A stretch of DNA of 28,358 nucleotides, from assembly GCA_963674595.2 (NCBI GenBank), contig CAXXFV010000037.1, positions 1 to 28,358 on the forward strand. The letters run 5' to 3'. Shown here one piece after another: positions 27,068-28,358 of this stretch. Position 1 is the first letter of the stretch; every line of letters begins with the position of its first letter. A program made the position numbers and the translations under genes. This DNA is from a bacterium (GTDB taxonomy: Bacteria; Zhuqueibacterota; Zhuqueibacteria; Residuimicrobiales; Krinioviventaceae). The notes under the pieces are model-generated. The model worked only from the letters and a program-made list of their open reading frames with translations, did no database searches and was not told where the DNA came from.

Positions 27068-28358
27068 ATGGATACATTGATCCTGGCGCGATGGCAGTTT
27101 GCAGTTACAACTGTTTATCACTTTTTCTTTGTGCCGCTGACATTGGGACTTTCCATTCTTGTGGCAATTATGGAAACCCTGTATGTAAAAACCGGTAACG
27201 AGTTGTATAAAAAAATGACAAAATTTTGGGGAAAACTTTTTCTTATCAACTTTGCAATGGGCGTTGTCACCGGTATCGTGCAGGAATTTCAATTCGGAAT
27301 GAACTGGTCCGAATATTCCCGGTTTGTCGGTGATATTTTCGGCGCTCCCCTGGCGATTGAAGCCCTGCTGGCATTCTTTTTAGAGTCAACGTTTTTGGGT
27401 ATATGGATTTTCGGTTGGGAAAAATTGTCAAAAAAAATGCATGCGACGGCAATATGGATTGTTGCCATCGGTTCAAATCTTTCTGCCTTGTGGATTCTTA
27501 TTGCAAACTCTTTTATGCAGCAGCCGGTCGGATACGTTGTTCGCAACGGGCGTGCGGAAATGACGGATTTTTTCGCCCTTTTACTAAACGGACACGTTTG
27601 GGTGCAGTTTCCTCATGTATTAACAGCCGCCATGTGTACGGCCGCGTTTTTTGTTATCGGCATCAGCGCTTATCATTTGATTAAAAAGAGCCCGAATATA
27701 GAGGTCTTTCAAAAATCGTTAAAAATGGGTACTATTTATGGAGCCGTGGGAATTGTCCTGGTAATGCTTGTCGGTCATTCACAGTCTCAATATATGATTA
27801 AGGTCCAACCCATGAAAATGGCCGCCGCCGAAGCCCTGTGGGAAGATGAAGATCCGGCAGCCATGTCTTTGTTTACCATTGGTGATGAAGAAAACAGAAA
27901 AGATGTTTTTGCCATTCGAGTCCCGCATTTGCTGAGTATTCTGGCTTATAATTCTCCCTATGGCAAAGTTAAAGGAATTAAAAATCTGCAGGAAGAAGCC
28001 GAACAAAAATACGGTCCGGGTAATTACGTCCCTCCTGTTGCAATTTCCTATTGGACGTTTCGTATTATGATCGGCGCCGGTATGGCCATGCTTTTCCTGG
28101 GTGGATTTCTTTTGATTAAGATTTTGAAAAACAATTATAATATAGACTCACGTATTTTAAAAATCCTGATATGGGCCATAGCCTTACCCTATATAGCCAA
28201 CTCTACCGGATGGATTTTTACAGAAATTGCCCGGCAGCCCTGGGCGGTTTTCGGTCTGATACGGGTTGAAAATGCTGTTTCTCCAAATGTCAGTGCAGGT
28301 GCAATACTGTTCTCACTTGTTTCATTCACCCTGGTTTATGGCGTTCTCATGGCAGCTG
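27068..28358 (+). CDS. cydA: Cytochrome bd ubiquinol oxidase subunit I (partial, 3' end beyond window)
   Basis: Not in the ORF track. Translated by hand from ATG 27068 (TAAGGAG RBS): MDTLILARWQFAVTTVYHFFFVPLTLG, KFWGKLFLINFAMGVVTGIVQEFQFGMNWS, AFFLESTF, QFPH, QPMKMAAAEALW, FRIMIG, GWIFTEIARQPW. Confidence 0.97.
   Translation, partial: MDTLILARWQFAVTTVYHFFFVPLTLGLSILVAIMETLYVKTGNELYKKMTKFWGKLFLINFAMGVVTGIVQEFQFGMNWSEYSRFVGDIFGAPLAIEALLAFFLESTFLGIWIFGWEKLSKKMHATAIWIVAIGSNLSALWILIANSFMQQPVGYVVRNGRAEMTDFFALLLNGHVWVQFPHVLTAAMCTAAFFVIGISAYHLIKKSPNIEVFQKSLKMGTIYGAVGIVLVMLVGHSQSQYMIKVQPMKMAAAEALWEDEDPAAMSLFTIGDEENRKDVFAIRVPHLLSILAYNSPYGKVKGIKNLQEEAEQKYGPGNYVPPVAISYWTFRIMIGAGMAMLFLGGFLLIKILKNNYNIDSRILKILIWAIALPYIANSTGWIFTEIARQPWAVFGLIRVENAVSPNVSAGAILFSLVSFTLVYGVLMAA

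Noticed and set aside
1-28358. CRISPR arrays, tRNA/rRNA, transposases, defence systems
   Set aside because: None seen. All intergenic gaps are under about 280 nt and lack regularly spaced repeats or RNA-gene signatures.

Overview
This window is bacterial chromosomal DNA. By gene content it most likely comes from a non-Bacteroidota FCB-group lineage (KSB1/Calditrichota/Ignavibacteria-like); this is inferred from the PorV-family barrel, a TonB receptor without SusD, Shine-Dalgarno sites and a TTGACA-type promoter. Positions 1-26409 form an all-minus-strand carbohydrate-utilisation region. In transcription order it encodes: a GH78 alpha-L-rhamnosidase-like gene broken by two +1 frameshifts; an intact GH78 paralog; a membrane PP2C/SpoIIE phosphatase; a GH38 alpha-mannosidase; a membrane polyferredoxin; a GH-like TIM-barrel lipoprotein; a DUF6807/PmoA-like protein; a ThuA-like protein; and a Tat-exported Gfo/Idh/MocA oxidoreductase followed by a terminator. 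A separate unit follows: LacI regulator, TonB-dependent receptor, PorV/PorQ-family barrel and a very large Asp-rich secreted protein that runs off the window start and is missing from the ORF track. Divergently on the plus strand are an Rrf2 regulator and cydA, which runs off the window end and is also missing from the ORF track. I saw no RNA genes, CRISPR arrays or mobile elements. The best candidate for an under-described system is the SusD-less LacI/TBDR/PorV/giant-protein uptake module. Family calls come from motif recognition by eye, not database searches.
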